The notes: generated by a model not told the origin, from the letters alone. A DNA stretch of 64,000 bases from Candidatus Methanomethylophilaceae archaeon (GCA_050950505.1 JBMNHS010000001.1:768001-832000); one strand, 5' to 3'. Counted from the stretch's first letter, positions 10,448-20,735 are shown. Made by a program: numbers and translations.

Positions 10448-10873
10448 ATGTTGAAACCGCCAGCGGAATATGCCGGAAAGCCACTTCCGGAAGTAAGAAT
10501 AACGACAAACCGTCTTCTCGGCGCTGAGACGACCGAGAAAGTTTTGAACGATTTGAACGAAATCGAGTATATAAGACAGATTCACTTGTCGGGCGAAAGC
10601 CTGCCGAAGACAATCAACAGCGGTCCCAACAAGGGGCTCGACAACAATCACACGCAACGCCGCATGATTACGGTTTGCGGAAAAGAGATGGAACTCCGCC
10701 ACATGGTCGGTTCTTTCTACATCGAGCTCAATGTTGAGAACGAGGAAATGCTCGAAGAGACCGCTGGAAAAATCAAGGAAGTTTTCGATGCCAACATAGA
10801 GCACGGATTCACGCTTGATATCGGTAGATACTCAAAATACAGACCTTCTTTAAGAGACTATAGAGGTGTTTAA
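10448..10873 (+). CDS. mcrD: Methyl-coenzyme M reductase operon protein D
   Basis: RLLGAETTEK, GESLP..GP.KG, position between mcrB and mcrG. Confidence 0.93.
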   Translation: MLKPPAEYAGKPLPEVRITTNRLLGAETTEKVLNDLNEIEYIRQIHLSGESLPKTINSGPNKGLDNNHTQRRMITVCGKEMELRHMVGSFYIELNVENEEMLEETAGKIKEVFDANIEHGFTLDIGRYSKYRPSLRDYRGV

Positions 10874-10875
10874 AT

Positions 10876-11652
10876 ATGTCATCATACAAAAGACAGTTCT
10901 ACCCCGGACAGAGTGACCCTGCAGTCGCAAGGCGCAGGATTATGGATCCCAAGGTAAAACTGAAGCAACTTCGCGATGTGCCCATGGAGGACGTCGTGAA
11001 ACTTATGGGACACCGCAACCCCGGAGAAGACTACAAGTCTATTCACCCCCCGATTGAGGAGGGCTCCGAACCCGACTGTCCTATCAGAAAATTGGTTACC
11101 CCCATCGACGGCGCCAAAGCCGGAGACAGAATCAGGTACATTCAGTTCACTGATTCCGTTTACTTCGCACCCGTGTCCCCTTACCAGAGGGCATGGATGT
11201 ATCTGTCCAGACACAGAGGTATCGATACCGGTACACTGTCCGGAAGGCAGATTATCGAAGTCAGGGAAAGAGACCTTGAAAAACTCGCAAAAGAATACAT
11301 CGACAACGAAACCTTCGACTCCGCACTTACCGGAATCAGGGGTGCGACTGTTCACGGACACGCCTGCCGTCTCGATGAGAACGGACTTATGTTCGACGCA
11401 TGGCAGAGATACGTCTGGGACGACGAGAAGAAAGAAGTTGTCTATGTGAAAGACCAGGTGGCTTTGCCCCTCGACACGAAGATTTCCGTCGGTAAACCCG
11501 CAAGCATGGAGGATGTCAAGAAGAGATCCACCATCTTCAGGGCAGACGGAGTCGACATGAGGGACGACAAAGAAGTCACCATGTACCAGCACAGAATCCA
11601 CTTGCTCAGAACATTGGGCGGATTCCAGCCCTTCAAGTTTAAGGGGGAGTAA
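10876..11652 (+). CDS. mcrG: Methyl-coenzyme M reductase gamma subunit
   Basis: QFYPG, GDRIRYIQF, GTLSGRQ, RGATVHGH, RLDENGLMFD. Confidence 0.98.
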   Translation: MSSYKRQFYPGQSDPAVARRRIMDPKVKLKQLRDVPMEDVVKLMGHRNPGEDYKSIHPPIEEGSEPDCPIRKLVTPIDGAKAGDRIRYIQFTDSVYFAPVSPYQRAWMYLSRHRGIDTGTLSGRQIIEVRERDLEKLAKEYIDNETFDSALTGIRGATVHGHACRLDENGLMFDAWQRYVWDDEKKEVVYVKDQVALPLDTKISVGKPASMEDVKKRSTIFRADGVDMRDDKEVTMYQHRIHLLRTLGGFQPFKFKGE

Positions 11653-11655
11653 GTA

Positions 11656-13314
11656 ATGGCAGACAAAGACAAAAAGTTCATGGAAGCAGTCTCTAAGAAA
11701 TTCGAAGAGGCTCCTACCGAAGTATCCACGAGCTACTATAAATTCGGCGGTTACAAACAGTCGAAGAGCAAAGTAGCGTTCCAGGATGCAGCAATGAAAA
11801 TTGCCGAAGAACGCGGTTTCCCCATGATGAATGAGGACATCGGAGTTCCCCTGGGACAGAGGTCCTGGATGCCCTACCAGCTGTCGCACACCGACATCTT
11901 CGTAGAGCCCGACGACCTTCACTGCATAAACAACCCTGCTATCCAGCAGGCCTGGGATGATATCAGAAGGACCATCATAGTCGGTCTGGACTCGCCCCAC
12001 AACACCATCGAGAGAAGGCTCGGTAAGGAAATTACCCCCGAGACCATCAACACCTACCTTGAAACCGTCAATCACACCATGCCCGGTGGAGCGGTTGTTC
12101 AGGAACACATGGCAGAATGTAACCCCGCGTTGGTTTACGACTCCTATGTCAAGGTGTTCTCCGGTGACGATGAAATCATCGATGAAATCGACAACAGATT
12201 CGTTATCGACATCAACAAGCTGTTCCCTGAAGACCAGGCAAAACAGCTTAAAGATGCGATCGGCAACAAGATGATGCAGGCTGTCCGCGTCCCCACCATT
12301 GTCGGCAGGGTCATGGACGGTGCGACCACATCCAGGCACGCAGCCATGCAGATTTCGATGGCTTTCATTTCCGCCTACAAACTGGCGGCAGGTGAAGCGG
12401 CCATCGCGGACTTCGCATATGCGGCCAAGCACCAGTCGATTTCCATGGGTACCATGATGCCCGCAAGACGTGCAAGAGGACCCAACGAACCCGGTGGAAT
12501 ACCCTTCGGATTCATGGCAGATGTCGCTCAGTCCGACCGTGCTTACCCCGATGACCCCGGCCGTGCGGCTCTTGAAGCCGTTGCGCTCGGTGCAATCATC
12601 TACGATCAGATCTACCTCGGAGGATACATGTCCGGAGGTGTCGGTTTCACACAGTACGCAACCGCGGCTTACACCGATAACATCCTTGAAGACTACGTAT
12701 ACTACGCGATTGACCAGATCGAGAGCAAATACGGCGGTCTGTGCAAACTTGACCCCAAGGACTCGGAAGCCGTCATGAGCCTCGCTGAGGACATCAACGG
12801 TTACGCACTCTCGTCCTACGAGAAGTACCCCGCAGTCATGGAAACCCACTTCGGAGGTTCGCAGAGATCCACCGTTGCCGCGGCATCTACCGGTATCGCG
12901 GGATCCATGGCAACAGGTATCGCCGATGTCGGTGTCAACTGCTGGTATTACTCCATGCTCGAGCACAAGGAGAGGCTCGGAAGACTCGGATTCTACGGAT
13001 TCGACCTTCAGGACCAGTGCGGTTCCGCCAACTCCTTCGCTTACAGATCTGACGAAGGTCTGCCCATGGAAGCCCGTGGACCCAACTATCCCAACTATGC
13101 AATGAACGTCGGTCACATGTCCGGTTACACCGGAATCCCCAAGGCAGCCCACGCAGCCCGCGGAGATGCCTTCACGGCCAACCCGTTCATACGCGTCGCT
13201 TTCGCCGACCCCTCGCTCCAGTTCGACTTCGCAAACATTACGAAGGAGATCGGTCGCGGCGGTCTCAGGGAATTCGTCCCTGCCGGTGAAAGAACTGCAG
13301 TCATCAAGGGATGA
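11656..13314 (+). CDS. mcrA: Methyl-coenzyme M reductase alpha subunit
   Basis: [54 protein letters not shown]. Confidence 0.99.
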   Translation: MADKDKKFMEAVSKKFEEAPTEVSTSYYKFGGYKQSKSKVAFQDAAMKIAEERGFPMMNEDIGVPLGQRSWMPYQLSHTDIFVEPDDLHCINNPAIQQAWDDIRRTIIVGLDSPHNTIERRLGKEITPETINTYLETVNHTMPGGAVVQEHMAECNPALVYDSYVKVFSGDDEIIDEIDNRFVIDINKLFPEDQAKQLKDAIGNKMMQAVRVPTIVGRVMDGATTSRHAAMQISMAFISAYKLAAGEAAIADFAYAAKHQSISMGTMMPARRARGPNEPGGIPFGFMADVAQSDRAYPDDPGRAALEAVALGAIIYDQIYLGGYMSGGVGFTQYATAAYTDNILEDYVYYAIDQIESKYGGLCKLDPKDSEAVMSLAEDINGYALSSYEKYPAVMETHFGGSQRSTVAAASTGIAGSMATGIADVGVNCWYYSMLEHKERLGRLGFYGFDLQDQCGSANSFAYRSDEGLPMEARGPNYPNYAMNVGHMSGYTGIPKAAHAARGDAFTANPFIRVAFADPSLQFDFANITKEIGRGGLREFVPAGERTAVIKG

Positions 13315-13318
13315 TCGC

Positions 13319-13597
13319 GTGAAAGTAGGCGACATAGCGAAGTATGTGCCGACCTCAACGGTGGGCAAGGTGACGGAAGTCAGGGAAAGAGACGGCAAAA
13401 CGTGGATTAAACTGGACTTTACCGGTTTGTTCTACGACTTGAACAGTCTTGAACCGGCCGCCGAATCCGAATATACTCCTGTCGCTTACAAAGATCGCGA
13501 AAAGAGGTTCGAAGGCAAAATGCAGTCCGTCAAGGACATAGAGGACACGGCCCGCGAGGTCGACATCTCTGAGTACATGCCTTCGGGCGGCGGTTAA
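13319..13597 (+). CDS. DUF2098-like protein
   Basis: GTG start 4 bp after the mcrA stop. KVGDIAKYVPTSTVGKV, WIKLD, and C-terminal GGG. Confidence 0.72.
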   Translation: MKVGDIAKYVPTSTVGKVTEVRERDGKTWIKLDFTGLFYDLNSLEPAAESEYTPVAYKDREKRFEGKMQSVKDIEDTAREVDISEYMPSGGG

Positions 13598-13630
13598 ACC
13601 CTTTACCCAAACTTTCTTTTTTTTTATTCT
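13596..13630 (+). terminator. mcr operon terminator
   Basis: AAACCCTTTACCC followed by a long T tract. Confidence 0.6.
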
Positions 13631-13645
13631 AAACAAAAAGCGTGA

Positions 13646-15031
13646 TTATTTCCTCTTTTTGTAGAGCTCATTCATATCCACCAGAGTTAATTTTTCATCT
13701 CTGGCACTTTTAATAAGATTCTCTTCGAACCCGGATAACGAGAATAGAATGCAACTCCGTTTTGTATACCCCTTTACAAAGGATGCCGCTCTTTTCAAAT
13801 TATCCAGATCTTTCACACACATCGGAGAAGATTTGAAGTTACAGCTGCCGAACAACACGTTGGAAGCAATATCGATTCCGTCAATCGCGACAATATCAAT
13901 TTCAATATCGGTTTTCAGTTCAGAATCGGGTCCCCACCATTTGCCTATTGTACGGTATTCTGTGTTCATTGTCACATACTGTTTACAGATTTCTTCGAAC
14001 TGTTTGCCCATAAATCCCGGAAGCATTTTTTCAATTTTTTCATATGCACTCTCTGAATCATGTGTCCGTATGTACGGGAGAACCTTATCCAAAACACCAT
14101 ACCTGAATCTGAAGAGGCCATCATTCAATTCATAAACGTCCCTTCTGCGAGAATTGGACATCGGAACTTCTCTTCTGACAATTCCGACAGACATCAGTAG
14201 CGATATGTTGTTTGAGCAGGTCCCTTTCTCTATTCCGGTGGCTTCGGAAATTTCTTTGATTTGAGTTTTTCCGTTGGCCAGTGCAGAGATTATTGACATG
14301 GGTATTGATGAATTTGTAAACTCTTGTCGTATGAGGTTTGCGGATTCTTCCAATAAACCCGACGAAGGCAGAAGGAAATTTTCTATCAAAGACTCTTTAA
14401 ACGTATCATGCTGCGAAAGCCATTTTAGATAAAGAGGAATTCCGCCGGATATAGCGAAATACGTGGCGCATTCAATATTCTCAATTTTCGGAAAGAATTC
14501 GCAGGATTGTATGTAACTCAGAGGCTCTAATTTCATTTGGCGACTGAACCGTCCAAAAAGAGGCATTTGTTTTCCGTTGAGGATATAGTGCATCATTCTG
14601 ATTGAAGATCCGCATAAAATTACGGTCAAATTTAATTCGGCAAAGTTGTGGTCCATGTATTTTTGAAACAAAGATGGGAAATACGGAACGGCATTAACCA
14701 GAAAAGGAAATTCATCGATTATTAATACGGTATTTTCTTCTTTGCAGGCCTTTACAGTGATGTCCAACGCATCTTTGAAACTTGTTAATTCTCCAAAAAA
14801 AGCATCAGGGAATGTTGATTGCAGAGACGCTGAGTAATTTTGCAGGTTAATTTTTTCACTGACTTCATTGCCTGTAATAAATATATTTTTCTTTACAGAA
14901 TTCAATCAACAGGGAAGTTTTACCGACTATTCTTCTTCTTCTTCTTCCGCATATGGCGATACTTTTCAGCCCTTCCCTATTGTATAACGTCTCCAATTCA
15001 CTCAATTCATGTTCTCGGCCTATGAGAACAT
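13646..15031 (-). pseudogene. Archaeal ATPase_2/DUF234 family ATPase-nuclease, frameshifted
   Basis: The N-terminus (IGREHEL...GRRRRRIVGKT) is in a different frame from the body (IDEFP, LCGSS, GGIPLYL, EIDIV). Extra TC after ATGTTC and an expanded Walker A. Confidence 0.8.
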
Positions 15032-15051
15032 ATGGTATCAATATCTTCTTT

Positions 15052-15081
15052 ATGTTATTAGAACAATGTTATTAGAACATT
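15052..15081. repeat. Tandem 14-bp repeat ATGTTATTAGAACA x2, each TGTT-N5-AACA
   Basis: Copies at 15052-15065 and 15066-15079, 20 bp upstream of the pseudogene start. Confidence 0.8.
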
Positions 15082-15225
15082 GTAAAGTTTTATATTAAAA
15101 AACTTTTGTTGTAAAACTTTAATATAATCCTGATTAATTTCAATTTATAGAGTTTATTATAAATATCTATAAACCTGGGCGCATATTAAACGGAGTTAAG
15201 TCAACATCAAGGTTAAGGAATAAAG

Positions 15226-15832
15226 ATGTAAAAAAGCAATTTTATTCTCATTACGACACTTGCCGTTTCGTTAATGTTATCGATTCCTTTAGCCTTCGGT
15301 ATGGCAACAGTAACTATTAATGATAATTTTGTTTAGCTTAGGGAAAGTGCCACCGGCGGTTTGGAGATGGAGGCGGCGGAGGCGGATTTTAATATATTTA
15401 TATCTCCTGATAAAATTGGAGAATACCCTGTATTCAGCTTCCATCATAAAGGATGAAGACAATAATTTAATTCCGTCGACATGGTTTATGGATGATCGTA
15501 CAGTAGATTTCCAGGTCACAGTACCCCGGGGTGTGAAATCCGTATTGTATGCACATATCTACAAAGGCGGTGTTGCCAATACAACTGATATTACTATTGA
15601 TATCAATATAAACGGAAATGATTTTTCGGTCCATGTTACTGCTTCTGGCTCATATGGAGATAGTGAAGGCTATTACTCTGTAATGCCCACTGAAGATGGT
15701 CCAGTGATGAAAAAAATTGAATTAGCTGCATTAAAAGCAGATGATTTTATGTCCTGTGATGAAGGTGAAGCCTTATTGAATATTTCCGGGGAACGAGCGG
15801 GGACTACTTTTACCAAAATTGAACTTGCCTAG
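15226..15832 (+). pseudogene. Decayed secreted protein gene
   Basis: Reads M*KSNFILITTLAVSLMLSIPLAFG (signal-peptide-like, stop at codon 2), then an in-frame TAG, then a frameshift into the 15320-15832 ORF. Confidence 0.55.
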
Positions 15833-15872
15833 TATTCTTAGACCGATTTGTATACACCCTGTAATTTTTTTA

Positions 15873-15901
15873 TTATGTAAAAATTGTAGTCGTACTGCAA
15901 T
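15873..15901. repeat. 29-bp palindromic direct repeat, left copy
   Basis: TTATGTAAAAATTGTAGTCGTACTGCAAT, 24/29 identical to 17183-17211. Confidence 0.8.
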
Positions 15902-15931
15902 AATTACAAATAGATACACGTCAATATTTAG

Positions 15932-17167
15932 GTGATGATTGATCGAACTGTCTTAAAGACCGTAGAAGAAAGCATTCGTTTGAAGCCGGTGACTTTAATA
16001 ACAGGTGCCCGACAGGTTGGCAAAACAATATTATGTAAACACATAGCGGAAAAGCACGGTTTCAGTTATGTTTCTTTAATCGACAGATCTGAACGGGCAA
16101 TGGCTACTAAAGATCCGGACATGTTCCTCAGCATCCATAAATCTCCTTTGATAATAGACGAAGTGCAGTATGCACCTGAGTTGTTGGATTCAATAGAAGC
16201 CATTGTTGACAAAGCGAAATATGACACGGGACACAACGAAGGGATGTACATACTTGCAGGAAGTCAGGTGTATAATCTGATGGACGGTGTAACCCAATCG
16301 ATGGCAGGCCGAATATCGATAATCGACATGTCTCCTTTGAGTATGAATGAAATTTTATCCAGGGATGAAACTCCTTTCGAAGTAAATTTTAAAGAAAACA
16401 TCAGGAAATCCATGGAAGTCAGCCTTTCTGTCGAAGAAGTTTATAAAATGGTTATACGTGGAAATTATCCCGAATTATATGAAAAACCCAGTATCAAAAC
16501 CAACAAATTCTACTCGGACTATGTGGATTCGTATATCAGCAGGGACGTTTCACAGATAATAAATCTGAAGGATCAAAACAAATTTATGGAATTTCTTGAA
16601 CTCATGAGTTCTTTAACAGGCCAGGAATTGGTTTATAACAACGTGGCAAAGACGTTAGGCGTTAACATACGAACCATACAGTCTTGGACCGGAGTACTGG
16701 TTGCCGGAGGGATAATTCGATTGATACGGGCGTATTCCGAACGTTCCACAGTTAAACGAATAGTGCGTCATCCGAAAATGTATTTCTGTGACACCGGTTT
16801 AGCGTGTTATTTGGCTAAAATTTTCGATTACAGGACACTGATGGCCGGATACCTCAAAGGCCCTATGATTGAAACCTTTATAGTGAATGAGATTTTGAAA
16901 TCATACAAGAACAATTCGGAAGAAGCGGGATTCTTCCATTATCGTGATTCCCAGATAAACGAAATCGATCTTATCATTCTCAGAGACGGTAAATTAACTC
17001 CGGTCGAATGCAAAGCCGGAATTACTTACGGTTCTTCTGACATCAAAGCATTTGCAAGATTAGAGAATTCCGATTACGAAATAGGGCCGTCCTGTTTGAT
17101 TTGTCTTACTGAAAAAGCTTACCCTATACGGGATGGAGTTTATGCTCTTCCAATAACTTCGATTTGA
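15932..17167 (+). CDS. AAA_14 ATPase with C-terminal DUF4143
   Basis: GARQVGKT, IDEVQ, GSQ, SMAGR, GNYP, PKMYFCDTGL, EIDLI...VECK. Confidence 0.9.
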   Translation: MMIDRTVLKTVEESIRLKPVTLITGARQVGKTILCKHIAEKHGFSYVSLIDRSERAMATKDPDMFLSIHKSPLIIDEVQYAPELLDSIEAIVDKAKYDTGHNEGMYILAGSQVYNLMDGVTQSMAGRISIIDMSPLSMNEILSRDETPFEVNFKENIRKSMEVSLSVEEVYKMVIRGNYPELYEKPSIKTNKFYSDYVDSYISRDVSQIINLKDQNKFMEFLELMSSLTGQELVYNNVAKTLGVNIRTIQSWTGVLVAGGIIRLIRAYSERSTVKRIVRHPKMYFCDTGLACYLAKIFDYRTLMAGYLKGPMIETFIVNEILKSYKNNSEEAGFFHYRDSQINEIDLIILRDGKLTPVECKAGITYGSSDIKAFARLENSDYEIGPSCLICLTEKAYPIRDGVYALPITSI

Positions 17168-17182
17168 TTGAGCCAGCAATAC

Positions 17183-17211
17183 TTATGTCAAAATTGTAGC
17201 ACAACTGCAAT
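17183..17211. repeat. 29-bp palindromic direct repeat, right copy
   Basis: TTATGTCAAAATTGTAGCACAACTGCAAT, 15 bp after the AAA gene stop. Confidence 0.8.
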
Positions 17212-17249
17212 TTTTTTGTAATATTTACTTTCACATGGATTCCAAAGTG

Positions 17250-18054
17250 GCCGACTTACGTGATAACCGCGATAGCCAGGGCTGTGCCGTGCTGCGCACG
17301 GGCCTGTTCAGAAACCCAGAAGGAACCTGATCTCCACGCCTAATACGTTGAGAATACCGAAGATGTTTTCTCTCAGACCGGGTGGTCCGCTGAATCTCAT
17401 CGCATCACCGTCGCGGTCGTACTCCACGATGCCGTTGTCCAACTCGTCAATGACTTTGTTTGCGGTCATCTTCCGAAGCACCGAATCCATAACATTGCTG
17501 AGCATGGTCGCAAGCGACACCACCGTCACCATGGCATCCTGTCTTCTGTGAAGATGCAGATACACATGATTCACACCCATACCGGACTTCATTATCCTGA
17601 AGTTCTTTTCGCTGTGATACTGTCCCAAATATACGTCCACAACCTTGTCGGCCGTCGCACCTTTGCGAAGATCTTCCCCGTCTTCGACGGCGAAGGGAAG
17701 GTTAGTCACCAGTACCCGTATTGAAAATCTCTCTGCGGCTTCGGCAATCTTGTCCTCAACGATCGAAACCGTACCTGTACGTCCCCGCCAATGAGGACCG
17801 TCCGGATCCTTCTTCATCAACCTTGGATCTTCCGAGAATGTCACATCCGTACGGTAAGCGCCGCAGTATTCGTTCATCATCTCATCGAAAGCCTTGCGCG
17901 CATCGTCTTCGCAGAAAAATTTTCTGCTCTTGAATTTGGATATGCGTTTCGTTGCCGCTTCAAATCCTCCGTTCCTGAGATATTCCGAAGATTCCTCTAT
18001 GCTTCCGGACAGTCTGAATAAAAAGGTGAAGTTTGCCCCGAGGGCTGTTTTCAT
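17250..18054 (-). mobile_element. IS1634-like transposase remnant (3' half, stop at 17308)
   Basis: VLVTNL and YLGQYHSEKNFRIMKS...HVYLH resemble the IS1634/IS4 C-terminus. The 5' half is absent and the fragment abuts the mgtE stop. GC rises near 17250. Confidence 0.65.
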
Positions 18055-19376
18055 ATCCCCAGTATCCAGGTGGCCATTGCGAAGTAAATGAACACTCCGC
18101 TGATATCGGCGATGGAAGTGACCAAAGGCCCGCTTGCCGTTGCCGGATCGATCTTCAGCCGAGACATCACAAAGGGGAGCGTCAGACCTATGAGGGATCC
18201 CACCAGAACCACCACTATCATGGTAAGTGACACTATCAGAGCGACTTCGGGACCTCCGCGGACGAGACCCAGTACAGAAACTGCAATGGCCATTGTGCAA
18301 CCCATCAACACAGCAACGGCGGCTTCGCGGCCGACAAGCCGCAACCAATCCTTGGAGCCCACATCACCGGTGGCCATGGCTCTGATGACCAGGGTGGATG
18401 ACTGGGTTCCCGCATTGCCGCCGCTGTCAATGAGCAGCGGCAGAAAGAAAACCAAAGCAATGACCGAAGTTATCGTTTCTTCGAAAAGTGCGATTCCCGC
18501 ACCGGAAAAAATATTGACGAAGACCAACACCAGCAGCCAGGGTAAACGGGCCTTGTACAACATTTTTATGCTGGCACCCTTGATGTTGGTCTTGACGGAA
18601 CCCACCAGGGCGGAACGGTGAATGTCCGCGGTGGTATCCTCTTCCATTATGTCCAAGGCGTCGTCGAAAGTAATGGCCCCCACCAGACGTCCTTCGGAAT
18701 CCACCACCGCCAATGCGGGAATGTCTTCCTCCATGATGAGATCGATGGCCTCGGAACGCGGACTGCGGGTACGGGCGAAAATGTCCTTTCCCGTTACCAA
18801 ATCCGTAATCGGCGTATCCGGTGTGGATTTAATCAGTTGTCCCAAGCGTATGTAACCGAGGTAATGCCGCTCACGGTCGATGACGAAAATACTCTCCATT
18901 TCATCCGGTCGCAGAGTGGATCGGTGCAGACCGTGGAGAACATCTTCAACAGTCTGGCTCTCTCTGACCGCCATATAGCGGGGACTCATGACCCTTCCGG
19001 AGCATCCTTCGGGATATCCAAGAAGAAGATTGACGGCATCACGGGCCTCAGGGCTCATGTTCGTCAGTAAACGTTTGGCGACATTGGCGGGAAGTTCCTC
19101 GAACAGACGGACGTGATCGTCAGGGTCCAAATGTCTCAGGAGGCGAAGAATTTCAGGATCTTCCATGGAAGACACAAGCAGGGCCTGTTGATCCACATCA
19201 AGATCTTCGAACACTTCGGCGGCCATATCTTTGTTCAAAAGACGGAAGGCAATTACCTTATCCACCGCTACCAAACCGGAAATCAGCTTACGGATGGCAA
19301 CATCGTCCATGCCGGCCAGAAGAGTGCTGAGTTCGTCCAACCGTTCATCCTCAATCATCTTCTGAACTTCTTTCAC
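18051..19376 (-). CDS. mgtE: Magnesium transporter MgtE
   Basis: MgtE_N and CBS pair, RLPWL, SGGNAGTQ, IDPATASGPLVTSIAD. Confidence 0.95.
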   Translation of the reverse strand: MKEVQKMIEDERLDELSTLLAGMDDVAIRKLISGLVAVDKVIAFRLLNKDMAAEVFEDLDVDQQALLVSSMEDPEILRLLRHLDPDDHVRLFEELPANVAKRLLTNMSPEARDAVNLLLGYPEGCSGRVMSPRYMAVRESQTVEDVLHGLHRSTLRPDEMESIFVIDRERHYLGYIRLGQLIKSTPDTPITDLVTGKDIFARTRSPRSEAIDLIMEEDIPALAVVDSEGRLVGAITFDDALDIMEEDTTADIHRSALVGSVKTNIKGASIKMLYKARLPWLLVLVFVNIFSGAGIALFEETITSVIALVFFLPLLIDSGGNAGTQSSTLVIRAMATGDVGSKDWLRLVGREAAVAVLMGCTMAIAVSVLGLVRGGPEVALIVSLTMIVVVLVGSLIGLTLPFVMSRLKIDPATASGPLVTSIADISGVFIYFAMATWILGI

Positions 19377-19593
19377 AATATCACCATTCCCCCCATAAGG
19401 GTCTTTTCAGCGGGGTATGGCACAGGATTCATTTCATTGTATCCCATGTTTTCAATCATAACTGAAGATTCGAAGAAGCGGGTCGGAGCATTTCAACGGA
19501 TGTCGCCCCGTCCGGTTTAAAATTCTCGGAAATATCCGATCCGCATAACCGGTCCGACGGCGGTTATTTCTATATCGTAATCGATGCAGTACC

Positions 19594-20154
19594 ATGGTTA
19601 TACGAATGTACAGTTCTCTGAAAGAGACGGAGGTCATCACCGACGATGCATATCTTGTCGGAAATATTCACGACGTCAATTATTCGTCCAGATCCTGGGA
19701 TGTTCACTCTTTGTTCGTGCGCGGTGTCAAAGGATTAGGGGATGTGTTGGGGGCATCCGCCTTCAGAAAACTTCAATTCTCTCTGGTGGTCGACGATTAT
19801 GCGTTGAATGATGTATTGTTGATCCCGGAAACCCGCGATCAATTGCAAAGGGCGTTGGCTTCCGATGAAAACGACACCGAAAAGATTGGCAGTCTGATTG
19901 GAAAAACAGTGATGTCTTTGGACGAAATCCCCATAGGAACCATCGAAGATGTAGGTATCGACACGGATGCTTGGAAAATCAATTCTTTCAAGGTAAAAAT
20001 GGAAAAAAACGTCGCCACCGCATTGGACATAAAACTGGGTCTGTTGAACAAAACGGCTTCCGGTCTGTTGACCAACCATGTGGAGTCCGTCACAAAGACC
20101 GTGAATCTGGCCCACAAAGTGGAAGAACTCCGCGGTTATTTCACTCTGGATTGA
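19594..20154 (+). CDS. Tandem PRC-barrel domain protein
   Basis: Two repeats of L.GK.V...D....G.I.DV......W.I. Confidence 0.7.
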   Translation: MVIRMYSSLKETEVITDDAYLVGNIHDVNYSSRSWDVHSLFVRGVKGLGDVLGASAFRKLQFSLVVDDYALNDVLLIPETRDQLQRALASDENDTEKIGSLIGKTVMSLDEIPIGTIEDVGIDTDAWKINSFKVKMEKNVATALDIKLGLLNKTASGLLTNHVESVTKTVNLAHKVEELRGYFTLD

Positions 20155-20707
20155 AGTCGTCAAAAGCCACTATTATAGATGCAAGACGCGAATCGTCTTC
20201 GTATCCGTAATATTCTTTAATCAACAAATCCGAAGTTGGGGCGGGACTGCATGAGATGACTCTCGTGCATCCGTTCTCTTCGGACAATTCCGGGAATGGG
20301 ACCGGCGGCAATACGAAAGCCTCCTCTCCCTCGCCTTTTATATGAGGGAACATTACAAAACTTTCCGACAACCAGACGATATCTTCCCGGTCTTCGTATT
20401 TTTTGAACGTGAAGGGAAACACTTCGGTCCCCAGCAACTTGCCTTTGGAATCCATAAGGATGACGGTGGCTTCGGGCGGAGGTCTGAATCGGGGATCTTT
20501 GATTATGCAGATGAGATGATCCCTTTCAAGAGCCTCCGCGAAGCCTGTGTTTTCGACATCGACATAACCTCCGATGGCCTTGACTTTCGCTTCTTCTTCC
20601 TTGAGGGTTTCGACCAAATCTCTGTCAAGGTAAAAACAGTGTACTACGCCTCTGAGGTTCTTAACGATGTCAAGAGGTTTTTTAGGGCCATGGCTATTCG
20701 ATATCAT
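20141..20707 (-). CDS. Hypothetical protein
   Basis: Host-like ORF, third gene of a minus-strand three-gene unit. Confidence 0.7.
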   Translation of the reverse strand: MISNSHGPKKPLDIVKNLRGVVHCFYLDRDLVETLKEEEAKVKAIGGYVDVENTGFAEALERDHLICIIKDPRFRPPPEATVILMDSKGKLLGTEVFPFTFKKYEDREDIVWLSESFVMFPHIKGEGEEAFVLPPVPFPELSEENGCTRVISCSPAPTSDLLIKEYYGYEDDSRLASIIVAFDDFNPE

Positions 20708-20735
20708 ATTATCCGTCCTTTTCGGAATTTAACGT

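Noticed and set aside
11656-13314. Possible alkane-type divergent MCR
   Set aside because: Active-site segments ([12 protein letters not shown]) look canonical.
10882-13398. 838-aa ORF antisense to mcrG/mcrA
   Set aside because: Shadow ORF arising from the codon bias of highly expressed genes, with no motifs. The same applies to long antisense ORFs over the RecJ-like gene, atwA, mmp15, hcp and dys.
18055-18348. N-terminal part of the 346-aa transposase ORF
   Set aside because: It is an alternative frame of mgtE, not transposase sequence.
19380-19590. Possible Mg-sensing riboswitch upstream of mgtE
   Set aside because: Only short stems are present, and no M-box consensus is recognisable by eye.
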